38,879 nucleotides of DNA from Patescibacteria group bacterium (GCA_018816445.1 JAHIVO010000014.1:1-38879); one strand, 5' to 3'; numbered from the stretch's first letter, positions 27,149 through 37,162 are shown. Notes: generated by a model not told the origin, from the letters alone. A program made the numbers and translations.

Positions 27149-30100
27149 ATGCAAAACAAGAAAGTAAAATTATTATCTTTTTTATTATCTGCTCTATTTA
27201 TTGTAGTGGCTGGTTTTATTTGGTGGCAAACTTCTTTATTACTGGCTGGCGAAGTGAGAACTATGCAATTTGGCTGGGGATCCATTTGGGGCATGGATGA
27301 TATTTATCGTTTGACCATACCAGTGGATTATGGGGGATGCTCTGTCAGGGTCATTGGTCAAGAAGAATGCTATAGTAATTTAGACGGCCAGTCCGGCCCT
27401 TCAGAAGATTTAAAAACTACTGTTGACGGAAGCTGTAACAGCACTGCTTGCGAATTCAGCGTTGGCCCGGGCGAGGTGTTTGACATCACTTTTTCCAGCA
27501 CAGGTAGTTTAGACTGCAATCCTTCATATTATGATACCGTCACGGAGGAGTACCAGGTTTACAAGTTTGGTTATTGCGGTGATGGCAGATGCGGGCCAGG
27601 GCCATATGAAGTTGGAACGTGCGTTAATGGTGTAACTGTTGATGAGTCATGTTCAAATTGTTCGGAGGATTGCGGTCAGTGCACCCCAACTTTAAAAGAT
27701 GACGGTGCCAGCTGCTCGGCTGGCTCTGAATGCGCGGGGGGGTTTTGCGTACATAGTATTTGCCGGGCAGCGCCTTTTTATTTTGGTGATGGTTATTGTG
27801 ATAGTGATGAAGGCGAAGCTTGTGCAGATCCGTCTGTTCCTGATTTATGCTCACCGGATTGTGATACCTCGGGTACGCCATCTTCTGGATCAGTAGCTAA
27901 TGGTGGAAGTTGCTCTAGTGATTCTGATTGTACTTCGGGAAACTGCGGTAGTGGCGTTTGTTGCACGGATGGCACAACTTGCTGCCAAAAAGATGCTGAC
28001 TGCTGGGAAGAAGATACCTTTTGTTTATTAGAGCAGAGCAGTACTTTTGAAAAAAACGTTTGTTATTATAAATCTGATGACGGATTTTATGGATGTTCTA
28101 CGTGGCGTCAATGCAAGGGCGGTCATTGCGTACATAAGTACTGTCGCTCTGAACCTTATCATTGCGGAGATGGCTCATGCGATGCTGATTATGAAGATTG
28201 CAATTCCTGTTTAAGCGATTGCGGAGCCTACTCAGCACCAGCAGCAGAAGTGGTGCCATCAACTGAATCTGAGGAGACTACTACTGTAACAGTAACTGAG
28301 CCAGCCCCTGAGCCCGAAGCAGAGGAAGAAACAATTGATTCATCTGAATTAATTGAACTTTTAAAAGAGTATAAAGGCATTTTTAATTACTTAAATAAAA
28401 AAATTGACGTATCAGAATTAGGCCAGCTTAGTGTCAGTCCAGAGGACATGCATGAATCTATTGAATCGTTGGCTGAAGGCTATGTAGATACTGCCAATGT
28501 TAATAAAGGAGTTGAGCTGATAAAAAGTGCGATTGCGGCAGAGGAATTAGGCATTGCCGTTTATGAGGCTGAAGAGGAAATGGCCGAGATTTTAGCCGAG
28601 TCCAGCTGGGAATCATTAAGAGTTTATCTGTTTTATAAAATTAAAGCCTTAATTGCCAATCGCCTTGAGGCATTAGCTGACAATCCTGAGCTAAGCAGTT
28701 TTGTTGATGACTTTACTGAGACAGCAGAAGCAGTGTCAAAAGGTTCTGCTAGTGAAAATAAAATGAGTGATGAGGAGCTTCGGGAAATTCTGGCTAAAGT
28801 AGGGATTACAGATGAAAGTCAGGTTACGGAATTTATTAAAACTACTAATAATGCCGTTACTTATGCGGCGGGCAGCATCACACGTTTGTTAGATGAGATT
28901 GAGAGTACTGTACGCAGTAAATACATTGAGATTTACAAACAGATGTTTATCTCAAATTTTGAAGAAGCGATTTCCAGCCAGATTGTTTATTTCCAGGCTG
29001 GCTTGTGGCACCATGCAGAAAATTTAGACGATATAAAAAATGGCAGCACCCCTTACACTCAGTATGAGAATAAGATTAAGGCCATGCAGGATGAACTAGC
29101 TGTTCATAGAGATTTTGTTCTAGGCGGGGATAATGTTTTTGATAAGGTCCAGAACATGTCTGGTAAATTTATTAAAACTACTGAAGAGCTCGGCGCTTTA
29201 CTGGATCAGGCAGCTTTTGCCGGTAAGGCTGTTGATAAAGGGGCAAGTTTATTAAAAAAAGAAACCGCTTTTGAAGAAGTAGTTAATAAAGTAAAAGAAT
29301 ATAATGATGATTTGAATGATGCCTTAGAAGCTGCGACAGCGGTAATTGATGTGGCGGGCAAGTTTACTGAAAGCATGTTTGGCACTTACCAGGAAGCAAA
29401 AGTATACGGAATTTTCTTTAATGCATACAGTGACTGGTGTGATACAGTTATGGGTGATTGCGTGGCTGTATTACGGATACCAGGGACAGATTTAAAAGTA
29501 AATATTGAAGACGTTTATGAGCTGGGTAGGAAAGCAGGCACCGCGGTTGACTTAGTGGCTGTTAAAGCTGGATCCCTGGCTTATACTTTGGCGGCGGCAG
29601 CTGAAAATTTTACTAATGACGCGTTTGAAGCATTTTATGGGGTGGCAGAAACTGCCAAGGTGAAATTAGGGCAGGGCGAGAAGGTAATTAAAGAAATAAC
29701 TTATAAAGCTGTAGAAGGCGCAAGTAATCAGATAGCCGCACTATGCAAATGGGGTTCAAGCTGGTTTGGCTACAACGAGTCAGATGACTGGTTGATTCCA
29801 CGGGCTATGGCAGCTGAAAATCCCGTGATCGAATTAACATTAATTAACCCGGCTGGTGTAAGGTATCCTGGTACAATTACTTCTAATGGTTTGGGCTCAT
29901 ACGTGGTGGTTGATAATCCAAAAAGTGGTACTTGGCAAGTAGAAGTGTATGGCAAAGAGATTAGTGGAACAGAAGAAGTACAGTTAGCAGTCAATGCTGA
30001 TGAAATAAAGTCTGGCGAATCAAGATCTGGTGGAGATTTGTCAGGCAGTTTTTGGGACGGGATCGATTTTAATGATTTTCAGCAGTATCTCTGGGTCGGG

Positions 30101-30667
30101 GGAGTGGTTTTATTAATATTAATAGCTTTACTAGTTTGGAGAATTGTTAAAAGAAAGAAAAAGGGACAGTCCAGGGTAGAAAAAATAAAAGAAAAAGTCG
30201 GACCGGTTATTAATAAAATGAAATCTGATGAGCCCAGGAAAGAAGTTGATAAAGGAACGCGCCGTTTAAATTCCGTAAAATTTGTCTATTTATTTTTAAG
30301 TGGAATTGTATTTTTAATCACTGCAGTATTATTAACGTTTTTTAATATTAATTCAATTGATTATTCTTATGCCTGGGCTGGAGGTAATGCCGTGCTGGCT
30401 GCTTTATTTTTCTACTTATATTTTCTCGGACGCAAAAAAGAAGGCTTAAAAAGAAAAGTAATGCCTTTTGTTGTACTAGGAATATTTGTTGTTATAGGGG
30501 CGTTTGGAATTTTAATGCCGGATGACTTTGGCGATGAAGTGATTGACCTTTTTGACACTATGGTGCCGGCTTTTTTTACCCTATCTATTTTCATTATTTT
30601 TATTGCTGGAAAAATATTAGTTTGGCTATTACGAAAGATAATCCGTCGTTCCCCGAAAAATAAATAG
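27149..30667 (+). CDS. Large surface protein: Cys-rich repeats, acidic helical region, beta-sandwich-like domain, C-terminal TM bundle
   Basis: N-terminal signal/TM; CGDGxC..CxxCxxDCG repeats; LTLINP..DNPKSGTWQVEV; about 5 C-terminal TMs; ATG at 27149. Confidence 0.85.
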   Translation: MQNKKVKLLSFLLSALFIVVAGFIWWQTSLLLAGEVRTMQFGWGSIWGMDDIYRLTIPVDYGGCSVRVIGQEECYSNLDGQSGPSEDLKTTVDGSCNSTACEFSVGPGEVFDITFSSTGSLDCNPSYYDTVTEEYQVYKFGYCGDGRCGPGPYEVGTCVNGVTVDESCSNCSEDCGQCTPTLKDDGASCSAGSECAGGFCVHSICRAAPFYFGDGYCDSDEGEACADPSVPDLCSPDCDTSGTPSSGSVANGGSCSSDSDCTSGNCGSGVCCTDGTTCCQKDADCWEEDTFCLLEQSSTFEKNVCYYKSDDGFYGCSTWRQCKGGHCVHKYCRSEPYHCGDGSCDADYEDCNSCLSDCGAYSAPAAEVVPSTESEETTTVTVTEPAPEPEAEEETIDSSELIELLKEYKGIFNYLNKKIDVSELGQLSVSPEDMHESIESLAEGYVDTANVNKGVELIKSAIAAEELGIAVYEAEEEMAEILAESSWESLRVYLFYKIKALIANRLEALADNPELSSFVDDFTETAEAVSKGSASENKMSDEELREILAKVGITDESQVTEFIKTTNNAVTYAAGSITRLLDEIESTVRSKYIEIYKQMFISNFEEAISSQIVYFQAGLWHHAENLDDIKNGSTPYTQYENKIKAMQDELAVHRDFVLGGDNVFDKVQNMSGKFIKTTEELGALLDQAAFAGKAVDKGASLLKKETAFEEVVNKVKEYNDDLNDALEAATAVIDVAGKFTESMFGTYQEAKVYGIFFNAYSDWCDTVMGDCVAVLRIPGTDLKVNIEDVYELGRKAGTAVDLVAVKAGSLAYTLAAAAENFTNDAFEAFYGVAETAKVKLGQGEKVIKEITYKAVEGASNQIAALCKWGSSWFGYNESDDWLIPRAMAAENPVIELTLINPAGVRYPGTITSNGLGSYVVVDNPKSGTWQVEVYGKEISGTEEVQLAVNADEIKSGESRSGGDLSGSFWDGIDFNDFQQYLWVGGVVLLILIALLVWRIVKRKKKGQSRVEKIKEKVGPVINKMKSDEPRKEVDKGTRRLNSVKFVYLFLSGIVFLITAVLLTFFNINSIDYSYAWAGGNAVLAALFFYLYFLGRKKEGLKRKVMPFVVLGIFVVIGAFGILMPDDFGDEVIDLFDTMVPAFFTLSIFIIFIAGKILVWLLRKIIRRSPKNK

Positions 30668-30678
30668 TCATTCGAGAT

Positions 30679-30711
30679 CACCCCTAGTTGTCGATTAGGG
30701 GTGTTTTTGTT
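30679..30711 (+). terminator. Intrinsic terminator
   Basis: CACCCCTAGTT-gtc-GATTAGGGGTG + TTTTTGTT. Confidence 0.8.
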
Positions 30712-30722
30712 ATGTTTATTAC

Positions 30723-31361
30723 ATGAATAAAATCGTTGCCATCTACAAACCCAAGGGCCCAACTTCACATGATATCATTGATCAGTTGCGTAAAGTTACT
30801 GGCATTAAAAAGATTGGCCACGCCGGTACCTTAGACCCGCTGGCCAGCGGAGTTTTGGTAGTGGGTATTGGCCGTGAAGCTACAAAAAAGCTGGATCAAG
30901 AAGTTAAAAAAGAAAAGGAATACTTAGCTGTTGTACGGTTGGGTAGTTATAGTACTACAGATGATGAAGAGGGAGAAAAAACCCGTATTGCTGTACGAAA
31001 CATTCCAACTGCTAATGATATTAAAAAAGTATTACGTAAATTTATCGGGCAGATTAACCAAATGCCGCCGGATTACAGTTCAGTTAAAGTCAACGGCCGT
31101 CCTGCTCATCGGCGCGTGAGAAAGGGAGAAGTGGTTAAACTAGGACCGCGCCAGGTTGAAATAAAAAAAATTCAATTGTTAAAATACAATTGGCCGAATT
31201 TAGAAATAAGGGTTACTACTGGCCCTGGCGCGTATATCCGTTCTTTGGCCAGGGATATTGGCAGGGAATTAGAAGTAGGAGGTTATTTAGCCGATTTAGA
31301 AAGAGTAAGAGTTGGAGAGTTTGTAAAGGATAAAGCAAAAAGATTGAATTTAGTTGAATGA
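30723..31361 (+). CDS. truB: tRNA pseudouridine(55) synthase, short form without PUA domain
   Basis: KPKGPTSHD, KIGHAGTLDPLASGVL, QMPPDYSSVKVNG, GAYIRSLARDIG. Confidence 0.96.
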   Translation: MNKIVAIYKPKGPTSHDIIDQLRKVTGIKKIGHAGTLDPLASGVLVVGIGREATKKLDQEVKKEKEYLAVVRLGSYSTTDDEEGEKTRIAVRNIPTANDIKKVLRKFIGQINQMPPDYSSVKVNGRPAHRRVRKGEVVKLGPRQVEIKKIQLLKYNWPNLEIRVTTGPGAYIRSLARDIGRELEVGGYLADLERVRVGEFVKDKAKRLNLVE

Positions 31362-31417
31362 AATAATTTTCATGGTTTCTTTTTTCGGAGAGGCTATTTT
31401 GTAGTATAATAAACTTA

Positions 31418-32305
31418 ATGGATAATAAGTATTATTTTATTGTAAATCCCATAGCTGGCAAGGGGAAGCATTTGTCTTTTTTACCGGAGATAAGCGAGTT
31501 TTGCAACAAAAATAAAATCCAGTTTGATATTGTCATTACCAAATATCCCCGGCAGGCGATTGAATTGGCCCGGCAGGCGATAGGCAAATACCAAGTAATT
31601 GTAGCTGTAGGCGGCGATGGTACAGTTAATGAAGTGGTAAATGGCCTGGCCCAAAGCCAGGCAACTTTAGGTGTATTGCCTATTGGCTCGGGCAATGATT
31701 TTGCTTATCAGCTTGGTTATTCCAGGAATTTGAAAAAAGACCTGAAAATCCTCTTGAAGAATAAGACACGAAAAATTGATATTGGTTTGGTAAATGAACA
31801 ACATTATTTTGTTAACGGCTTCGGGGTTGGTTTTGATGGAGAGGTGGCATCTAGAGTACGCCGCTTTTTAAAATATTCCAGTGGTTTTTTTGCTTATTTA
31901 ATGGCCGTCTTAAGAACCCTAGCTACATACAAGTTTCGTCAGGTAAGGGTCAGCTTAGATGATAACCAGATAATTAATAAAAAAATATTATTAATTGCCA
32001 CCTGCAATGGCACGACCTATGGCGGGGGTTTTAATGTGGCACCTAGTGCTAAGATGGACGATGGGTTCTTTACTATTTGCTTGATAGACAAGGCAGGCCG
32101 TTTTTATGCTTTGCGTAATATCCAGAAGATAGCCAGAGGTGCGCATATTAAACTGCCTATAGTCCATATGTATACCTGCAAGAAAATAAATATAGAATCT
32201 GAACATAACTTAATAGCGCAATACGACGGGGAGGTTATCCCGGCCGGCCGGACTTTTGAAGCTAAGATTTTACCTAAACAATTAATAGTAATTTCCAACG
32301 AGTAA
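31418..32305 (+). CDS. Diacylglycerol-kinase-family lipid kinase (YegS/BmrU-like)
   Basis: NPIAG, GGDGTVNEVVNG, LPIGSGNDFA, GVGFDG, YGGG, DGE. Confidence 0.93.
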   Translation: MDNKYYFIVNPIAGKGKHLSFLPEISEFCNKNKIQFDIVITKYPRQAIELARQAIGKYQVIVAVGGDGTVNEVVNGLAQSQATLGVLPIGSGNDFAYQLGYSRNLKKDLKILLKNKTRKIDIGLVNEQHYFVNGFGVGFDGEVASRVRRFLKYSSGFFAYLMAVLRTLATYKFRQVRVSLDDNQIINKKILLIATCNGTTYGGGFNVAPSAKMDDGFFTICLIDKAGRFYALRNIQKIARGAHIKLPIVHMYTCKKINIESEHNLIAQYDGEVIPAGRTFEAKILPKQLIVISNE

Positions 32306-33276
32306 TGTCTAAAACAAGGCAGGAAAAAATATTAGAACAAGATCAGACCTTATCCTGGAATATTTTTTTAGGACTTATCCAGACTGTAGAAAGGATATTA
32401 AAACATGAACGTAAACTTGCTAAGGGCAAGATGCAAAATACTATTCCAAAAATTAAATCAAATAAGGAATTTTGTCATTTTCCATTTGTTTATTTACCCT
32501 ACCAAGGTACGGCTATATTTTTAGGAGATATTCACGGGGATTCAATGTCAATTTACCGTGTTTTAGCCCAGGAAAAATTTCTGCAAAAAGTAGAAAAAGG
32601 AGAAAAAGTATATCTCATCCTGCTGGGCGATTATGCTGACCGCGGCCAAGAAGATATTAGGACCTTGTCCTTGGTATTAAGCTTAAAATGGTATTATCGC
32701 AAGAACATCTTTTTATTGCGCGGTAATCATGAGGAATTTAACATGGGGCAGTACTACGGCTTGCTGGGGTCATGCATTAAAGAGTTTGGCTATGACAAGG
32801 GTCAGCTAGTTTTCAGTCGGCTCGTGCGCCTTTATGAAAGACTGCCTGGCATAGCCATTACCGCTAGCGGCATTGTTGCTGTACATGGCGGAGTGCCGGT
32901 TCATAACCTCCATTCATTGAGAGATTTAAATGACGAGGAAGAATTAACAGAAATGCGCTGGAATGATCCTGGCGAGGAAATTGATAGCTCAGTTTTTAAT
33001 TACAAGCGAGGGTGCTATTATTTATTTGGGAAAAATATTTTCAATAGATTTATGAAAACAATCGGCGGAAAAGTTTTAATCAGGTCGCATGAATATACCG
33101 CTGCAGGATATAAATTGATGTTTGATAAACGTTTGTTAACAATATTTTCCAACGGCGGAAAAAGTCCAGAGAGCGGATACAAGGATTTTATCCTTGAACC
33201 AAGATATGTTAAAGTTGATTTATCAAAAGAAATTAACCAATGGACATTGAGGCATTTACGAAAAATAAAATACTAA
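32305..33276 (+). CDS. PPP-family (calcineurin-like) Ser/Thr protein phosphatase
   Basis: GDIHG, GDYADRG, LRGNHE, HGG, WNDP, IRSHE, LTIFS; 1-nt overlap with the upstream gene. Confidence 0.9.
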   Translation: MSKTRQEKILEQDQTLSWNIFLGLIQTVERILKHERKLAKGKMQNTIPKIKSNKEFCHFPFVYLPYQGTAIFLGDIHGDSMSIYRVLAQEKFLQKVEKGEKVYLILLGDYADRGQEDIRTLSLVLSLKWYYRKNIFLLRGNHEEFNMGQYYGLLGSCIKEFGYDKGQLVFSRLVRLYERLPGIAITASGIVAVHGGVPVHNLHSLRDLNDEEELTEMRWNDPGEEIDSSVFNYKRGCYYLFGKNIFNRFMKTIGGKVLIRSHEYTAAGYKLMFDKRLLTIFSNGGKSPESGYKDFILEPRYVKVDLSKEINQWTLRHLRKIKY

Positions 33277-33361
33277 GATGTATAATCATGGAAATATCAG
33301 CCAAAGTGTGTTATAATAGGCAATAACAAAAATATCAGAATTATCAGTATTAAATATCAAT

Positions 33362-34423
33362 ATGCTTTCTGAAAAATTTCCTTTAGGATTAACATTTGAT
33401 GATGTTTTGCTGACACCAAGAGCTTCCTCAGTCAGGCTTCAGGAGGTTGGTTTGTCAACGTATTTAACCAAGAAAATCGTTATAAATATTCCAATTGTGG
33501 CAGCTGCTATGGACACAGTTAGTGAAGTGGCTATGGCTGTGGCTATCGGTAAGCTGGGCGGCATATCAATTCTTCACCGGAATTGCACAGTAAAGTATGA
33601 AGCGGATATGGTCAAGCAGGCAAAGAAAAGAAACGTAATAGTCGGAGCAGCGGTTGGACCGCATGATATTAAGCGGGCTATAGCACTTGATAATGCCGGA
33701 GTTGATGTATTAGTAGTTGATTGCGCGCATGCTCATAATTTGCGCGTAGTGCAGAGTGCAAAAAAAATAAAAAAATCGGTCAAGGCACAGGTAGCTGTCG
33801 GCAATATTGCTACCGCATCGGCAGCCCAGAAACTAGCTAGTTTTGCGGATGCCATAAAAGTTGGCGTTGGGCCGGGTTCAATCTGTACCACGCGAGTAGT
33901 AGCCGGGGTGGGAGTGCCTCAGCTGACAGCTATTATGGAGGTAGTTAAGGTGGCTAGGAAGTTCAAAGTACCAATTATTGCAGACGGGGGGGTACGTTTT
34001 TCAGGCGATATTGTCAAAGCTTTGGCTGCCGGCGCTCAGTGCGTTATGGTAGGATCAATGCTGGCCGGTACTAAGGAGTCACCGGGAAAATTGATTTATG
34101 TTGGCGGCAGGCAGGTAAAAATTTATCGCGGTATGGGGAGCCTAGGCGCCATGGATAAAGGCCAGTCCTCTGACCGGTATTTCCAGAAAGGGAATAAAAA
34201 GTACGTGCCAGAAGGCGTTGAGGGCGTAATTGAATATAAAGGCGGGGTAAACGAGGTAGTTTATCAGATGATTGGCGGTTTGCGCAGCGGCATGGGTTAC
34301 ATCGGCGCCCATACTATTAATGATATCCCAAAACAGGCCAAGTTTATCAGGATTACCAATGCCAGCCTTAAAGAATCTCATCCTCATACTATTACTATAA
34401 ATAAAAAAGCACCAAATTATTAA
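33362..34423 (+). CDS. guaB: IMP dehydrogenase lacking the CBS subdomain
   Basis: [34 protein letters not shown], flap SDRY, PEGVEG; 353 aa. Confidence 0.93.
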   Translation: MLSEKFPLGLTFDDVLLTPRASSVRLQEVGLSTYLTKKIVINIPIVAAAMDTVSEVAMAVAIGKLGGISILHRNCTVKYEADMVKQAKKRNVIVGAAVGPHDIKRAIALDNAGVDVLVVDCAHAHNLRVVQSAKKIKKSVKAQVAVGNIATASAAQKLASFADAIKVGVGPGSICTTRVVAGVGVPQLTAIMEVVKVARKFKVPIIADGGVRFSGDIVKALAAGAQCVMVGSMLAGTKESPGKLIYVGGRQVKIYRGMGSLGAMDKGQSSDRYFQKGNKKYVPEGVEGVIEYKGGVNEVVYQMIGGLRSGMGYIGAHTINDIPKQAKFIRITNASLKESHPHTITINKKAPNY

Positions 34424-34453
34424 TTATACATTTTAAATTATAAATTAATTTAT

Positions 34454-35455
34454 ATGCCTAAAAAAACTCAAATACCACGCGCGGAATTACATGCCCATTT
34501 GGGCGGTTCAGTGGATCCGGCTATTTTGTGGTCTATTGCTCACCGTCACGGCATTAAACTGCCCAGCAAGGACTACTGGGATTTTGAGGATATGATTACC
34601 ATGACTGGCACGGAAACAAATCAGTCCCTGGATGATATGCATAATAATTTTTATTACTGGACTGAGTTAATCCAGTCATCGCCTGATACTATTGAAGAAT
34701 CAATTCGCAGTGTTATAGGGGGTGGCTACCGCAAGTGTAATTTAGTATTACAAGAGTTGCGCTATAATCCTATGTTTAGAAACCGCAGCGGTGAAAAAGA
34801 CTTGGATCATATAATTGTTGCTTCATTATGGGGATTAGACAGGGCTATGCTGGAATATCCTCAGGTAAAGGCTGGCATAATCCTAATGCTGGACAGGACC
34901 CTGACTTACAATCAAAATGCCATAATAGTTGAAAAAGCTATTCGTTATAAACCCAGTGGGATTGTAGGCATTGACCTGGCCGGTCCGCAGAGAAAATCAT
35001 TTTCCATAAAAAAACACTCCTCCCTTTTCAAGATGGCGCGCCACGCTGGTTTAGGTATAACCATCCATAGTGGGGAAGAAGGTAAGATCGATGAATTGCG
35101 CTACGTAGTCAACCACATTAAACCAGAACGCATTGGCCATGGGTTTTTATGTTATAAGGATAAGCAATTAATGAAGGATATTGTAAAAAATAATGCTACT
35201 CTGGAAATTTGTCCAACTTCAAACTTAAGGAATAATGTAATTAAGAATAAAGCTGAATTAAAAAAGATCATCCGTACTTTAATGATCAATAAGGTTAAGT
35301 TTACTATAAATACTGATGGCCCGGAAATGTACTGTACTAATTTATATGAAGAGCAGGAATTATTAAGAAAAGCGGGCATTTTAATCCAAGCTGATATCAA
35401 TCGGTGCACCAAATGGGCTTTTGAAGCATCCTTTGTTAAACAGGATAGAGTATGA
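34454..35455 (+). CDS. Adenosine/AMP deaminase family protein
   Basis: ELHAHLGGS, GIDLAG, HSGE, RIGHG, EICPTSN, NTDGP. Confidence 0.9.
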   Translation: MPKKTQIPRAELHAHLGGSVDPAILWSIAHRHGIKLPSKDYWDFEDMITMTGTETNQSLDDMHNNFYYWTELIQSSPDTIEESIRSVIGGGYRKCNLVLQELRYNPMFRNRSGEKDLDHIIVASLWGLDRAMLEYPQVKAGIILMLDRTLTYNQNAIIVEKAIRYKPSGIVGIDLAGPQRKSFSIKKHSSLFKMARHAGLGITIHSGEEGKIDELRYVVNHIKPERIGHGFLCYKDKQLMKDIVKNNATLEICPTSNLRNNVIKNKAELKKIIRTLMINKVKFTINTDGPEMYCTNLYEEQELLRKAGILIQADINRCTKWAFEASFVKQDRV

Positions 35456-36981
35456 AGGATATAATCTACGTCCTTGATTTTGGTTCTCAATATTCACATT
35501 TAATTACCCGGCGCATCAGAGAGTTGGGTATTTTTGCCGAGCTAGTTCCGGTTAATTACCCGATTAATAAATTAACGCAGGCTAAGGGTATAATTTTATC
35601 CGGGGGGCCGCGTGATATTTCTAAAAAAGACACTCTACTGGTTGGCAGGGGCCTTTTTAGTTTAGGCGTACCTATTTTAGGCATTTGCTATGGTATGCAG
35701 TTAATGGCGCACATGTTCGGCGGCAAGGTGGCCTTAGGTAAAAAACGTGAGTATGGACCGGTTGAGATTAAAATATTAAAAAGGGGCCATTTGCTTGCTG
35801 GCCTGAAAACAAAACAGCAGACCTGGATGTCGCATCGCGACCAGGTTGTGAAACTGCCCAGAGGTTTTTCAGTGCTGGCTAGCTCAAAAAACTGCCGTTA
35901 TAGCGCCATTGCCAATGAGAAAATTGGCATTTATGGCTTGCAGTTTCATCCAGAAGTGGTGCATACAGTAAATGGCATGAAAATATTAAAAAACTTCGTT
36001 AACTTAACTCAGGCTAAGTGCTCTTGGTCTATGCGAGATTTTGTTGATAATGCTATTAAAGATATTAAACAAAAAGTTGGCCAGGAAAAGGTGGTTTGCG
36101 CCTTATCCGGGGGAGTGGATTCATCCGTGGCCGCTACGATTGTTAATAAAGCTATTGGCCGGCAATTAACCTGCATCTATGTTGATACTGGATTGATGCG
36201 CCAGGGAGAAACTGAGCAGGTTAAAAAAACATTTCTATCATACCAGCGAGCTAATCTAAAAGTGATTAATGCCAAAAAGCAATTCCTAGAAGAGTTAAAG
36301 AATGTAACTGATCCGGAAAAAAAGCGAAAGATTATTGGAAATTTATTTATCAGAATTTTTGAAAAAGAAGCCAAGAAAATTGGCGGGGTAAAATGGCTAG
36401 TCCAAGGAACCCTATATACAGACGCCATTACTTCTGGCGTGAGCGTGGGTAAAACCGCCGCAGTAATAAAATCCCACCACAATGTGGGCGGCCTGCCAAA
36501 AAAATTCGGTTTTAAATTAATTGAGCCTTTCAGGGGATTATATAAAGATGAAGTGCGTAAAGTCGGCCGCTTATTAGGGTTGCCCAAAGAAGTAACAGAG
36601 CGACAGCCGTTTCCCGGTCCGGGTTTAGCCGTGCGCATTATCGGCGAGGTAACAGAGGAGAGGCTGGATATTGTGCGCCAAGCAGACTGGATTGCCAGGG
36701 AGGAGATTGAAAAAGCGAGCTGGGCGAATAAAGCACAGCAGTACTTTACAGTTTTGCCGAGCATCAGGTCGGTTGGTGTGCAGGGTGACTCGCGTACTTA
36801 TGGTTATCCGATTATTGTCCGCGCGGTAACTACCAGAGATTTTATGACAGCAGACTGGGCGCGCTTGCCGCATAATTTATTAGCTACCATTTCAGCCAGG
36901 ATAACCAATGAAGTAAAAGAAGTTAACAGGGTAATTTATGACATTACTTCCAAGCCGCCGGGGACAGTTGAGTGGGAGTAG
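35452..36981 (+). CDS. guaA: GMP synthase (glutamine-hydrolysing)
   Basis: LDFGSQY, GICYGMQ, QFHPEV, SGGVDS, IKSHHNVGGLP, PFPGPGL, KPPGTVEWE. Confidence 0.98.
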   Translation: MKDIIYVLDFGSQYSHLITRRIRELGIFAELVPVNYPINKLTQAKGIILSGGPRDISKKDTLLVGRGLFSLGVPILGICYGMQLMAHMFGGKVALGKKREYGPVEIKILKRGHLLAGLKTKQQTWMSHRDQVVKLPRGFSVLASSKNCRYSAIANEKIGIYGLQFHPEVVHTVNGMKILKNFVNLTQAKCSWSMRDFVDNAIKDIKQKVGQEKVVCALSGGVDSSVAATIVNKAIGRQLTCIYVDTGLMRQGETEQVKKTFLSYQRANLKVINAKKQFLEELKNVTDPEKKRKIIGNLFIRIFEKEAKKIGGVKWLVQGTLYTDAITSGVSVGKTAAVIKSHHNVGGLPKKFGFKLIEPFRGLYKDEVRKVGRLLGLPKEVTERQPFPGPGLAVRIIGEVTEERLDIVRQADWIAREEIEKASWANKAQQYFTVLPSIRSVGVQGDSRTYGYPIIVRAVTTRDFMTADWARLPHNLLATISARITNEVKEVNRVIYDITSKPPGTVEWE

Positions 36982-36983
36982 GT

Positions 36984-37067
36984 TGGTTTATAGTAAATAG
37001 TTTATGGTTTATAGGAGCAGGTCTCTGTGCCTGCCCCGTAGTACGGGGCCTGCGACTAGTTTTTTTT
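36984..37067 (+). repeat. Composite element: 4x TRGTWWA heptamers + truncated structured-repeat hairpin + CCCCGTAGTACGGGG insert + T8
   Basis: Second copy of 7725-7815; insert 37034-37048 flanked by a CCTG direct repeat. Confidence 0.85.
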
Positions 37068-37162
37068 ATTGACTAAAAATGGTGAAAAATGGTAAGGTGA
37101 TTTAATTAATAGAAATAAATAGCAAAGAAAGATCTTCAAAAACATAGTTAGGAGGTTTTGAG

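Noticed and set aside
33277-33361. Purine riboswitch upstream of guaB
   Set aside because: The spacer is only 85 nt, contains the promoter, and shows no three-way-junction consensus.
33362-34423. GMP reductase (guaC) instead of IMPDH
   Set aside because: The flap Arg-Tyr dyad (SDRY), YRGMGS and linkage to guaA favour IMPDH; CBS-less IMPDHs are known.
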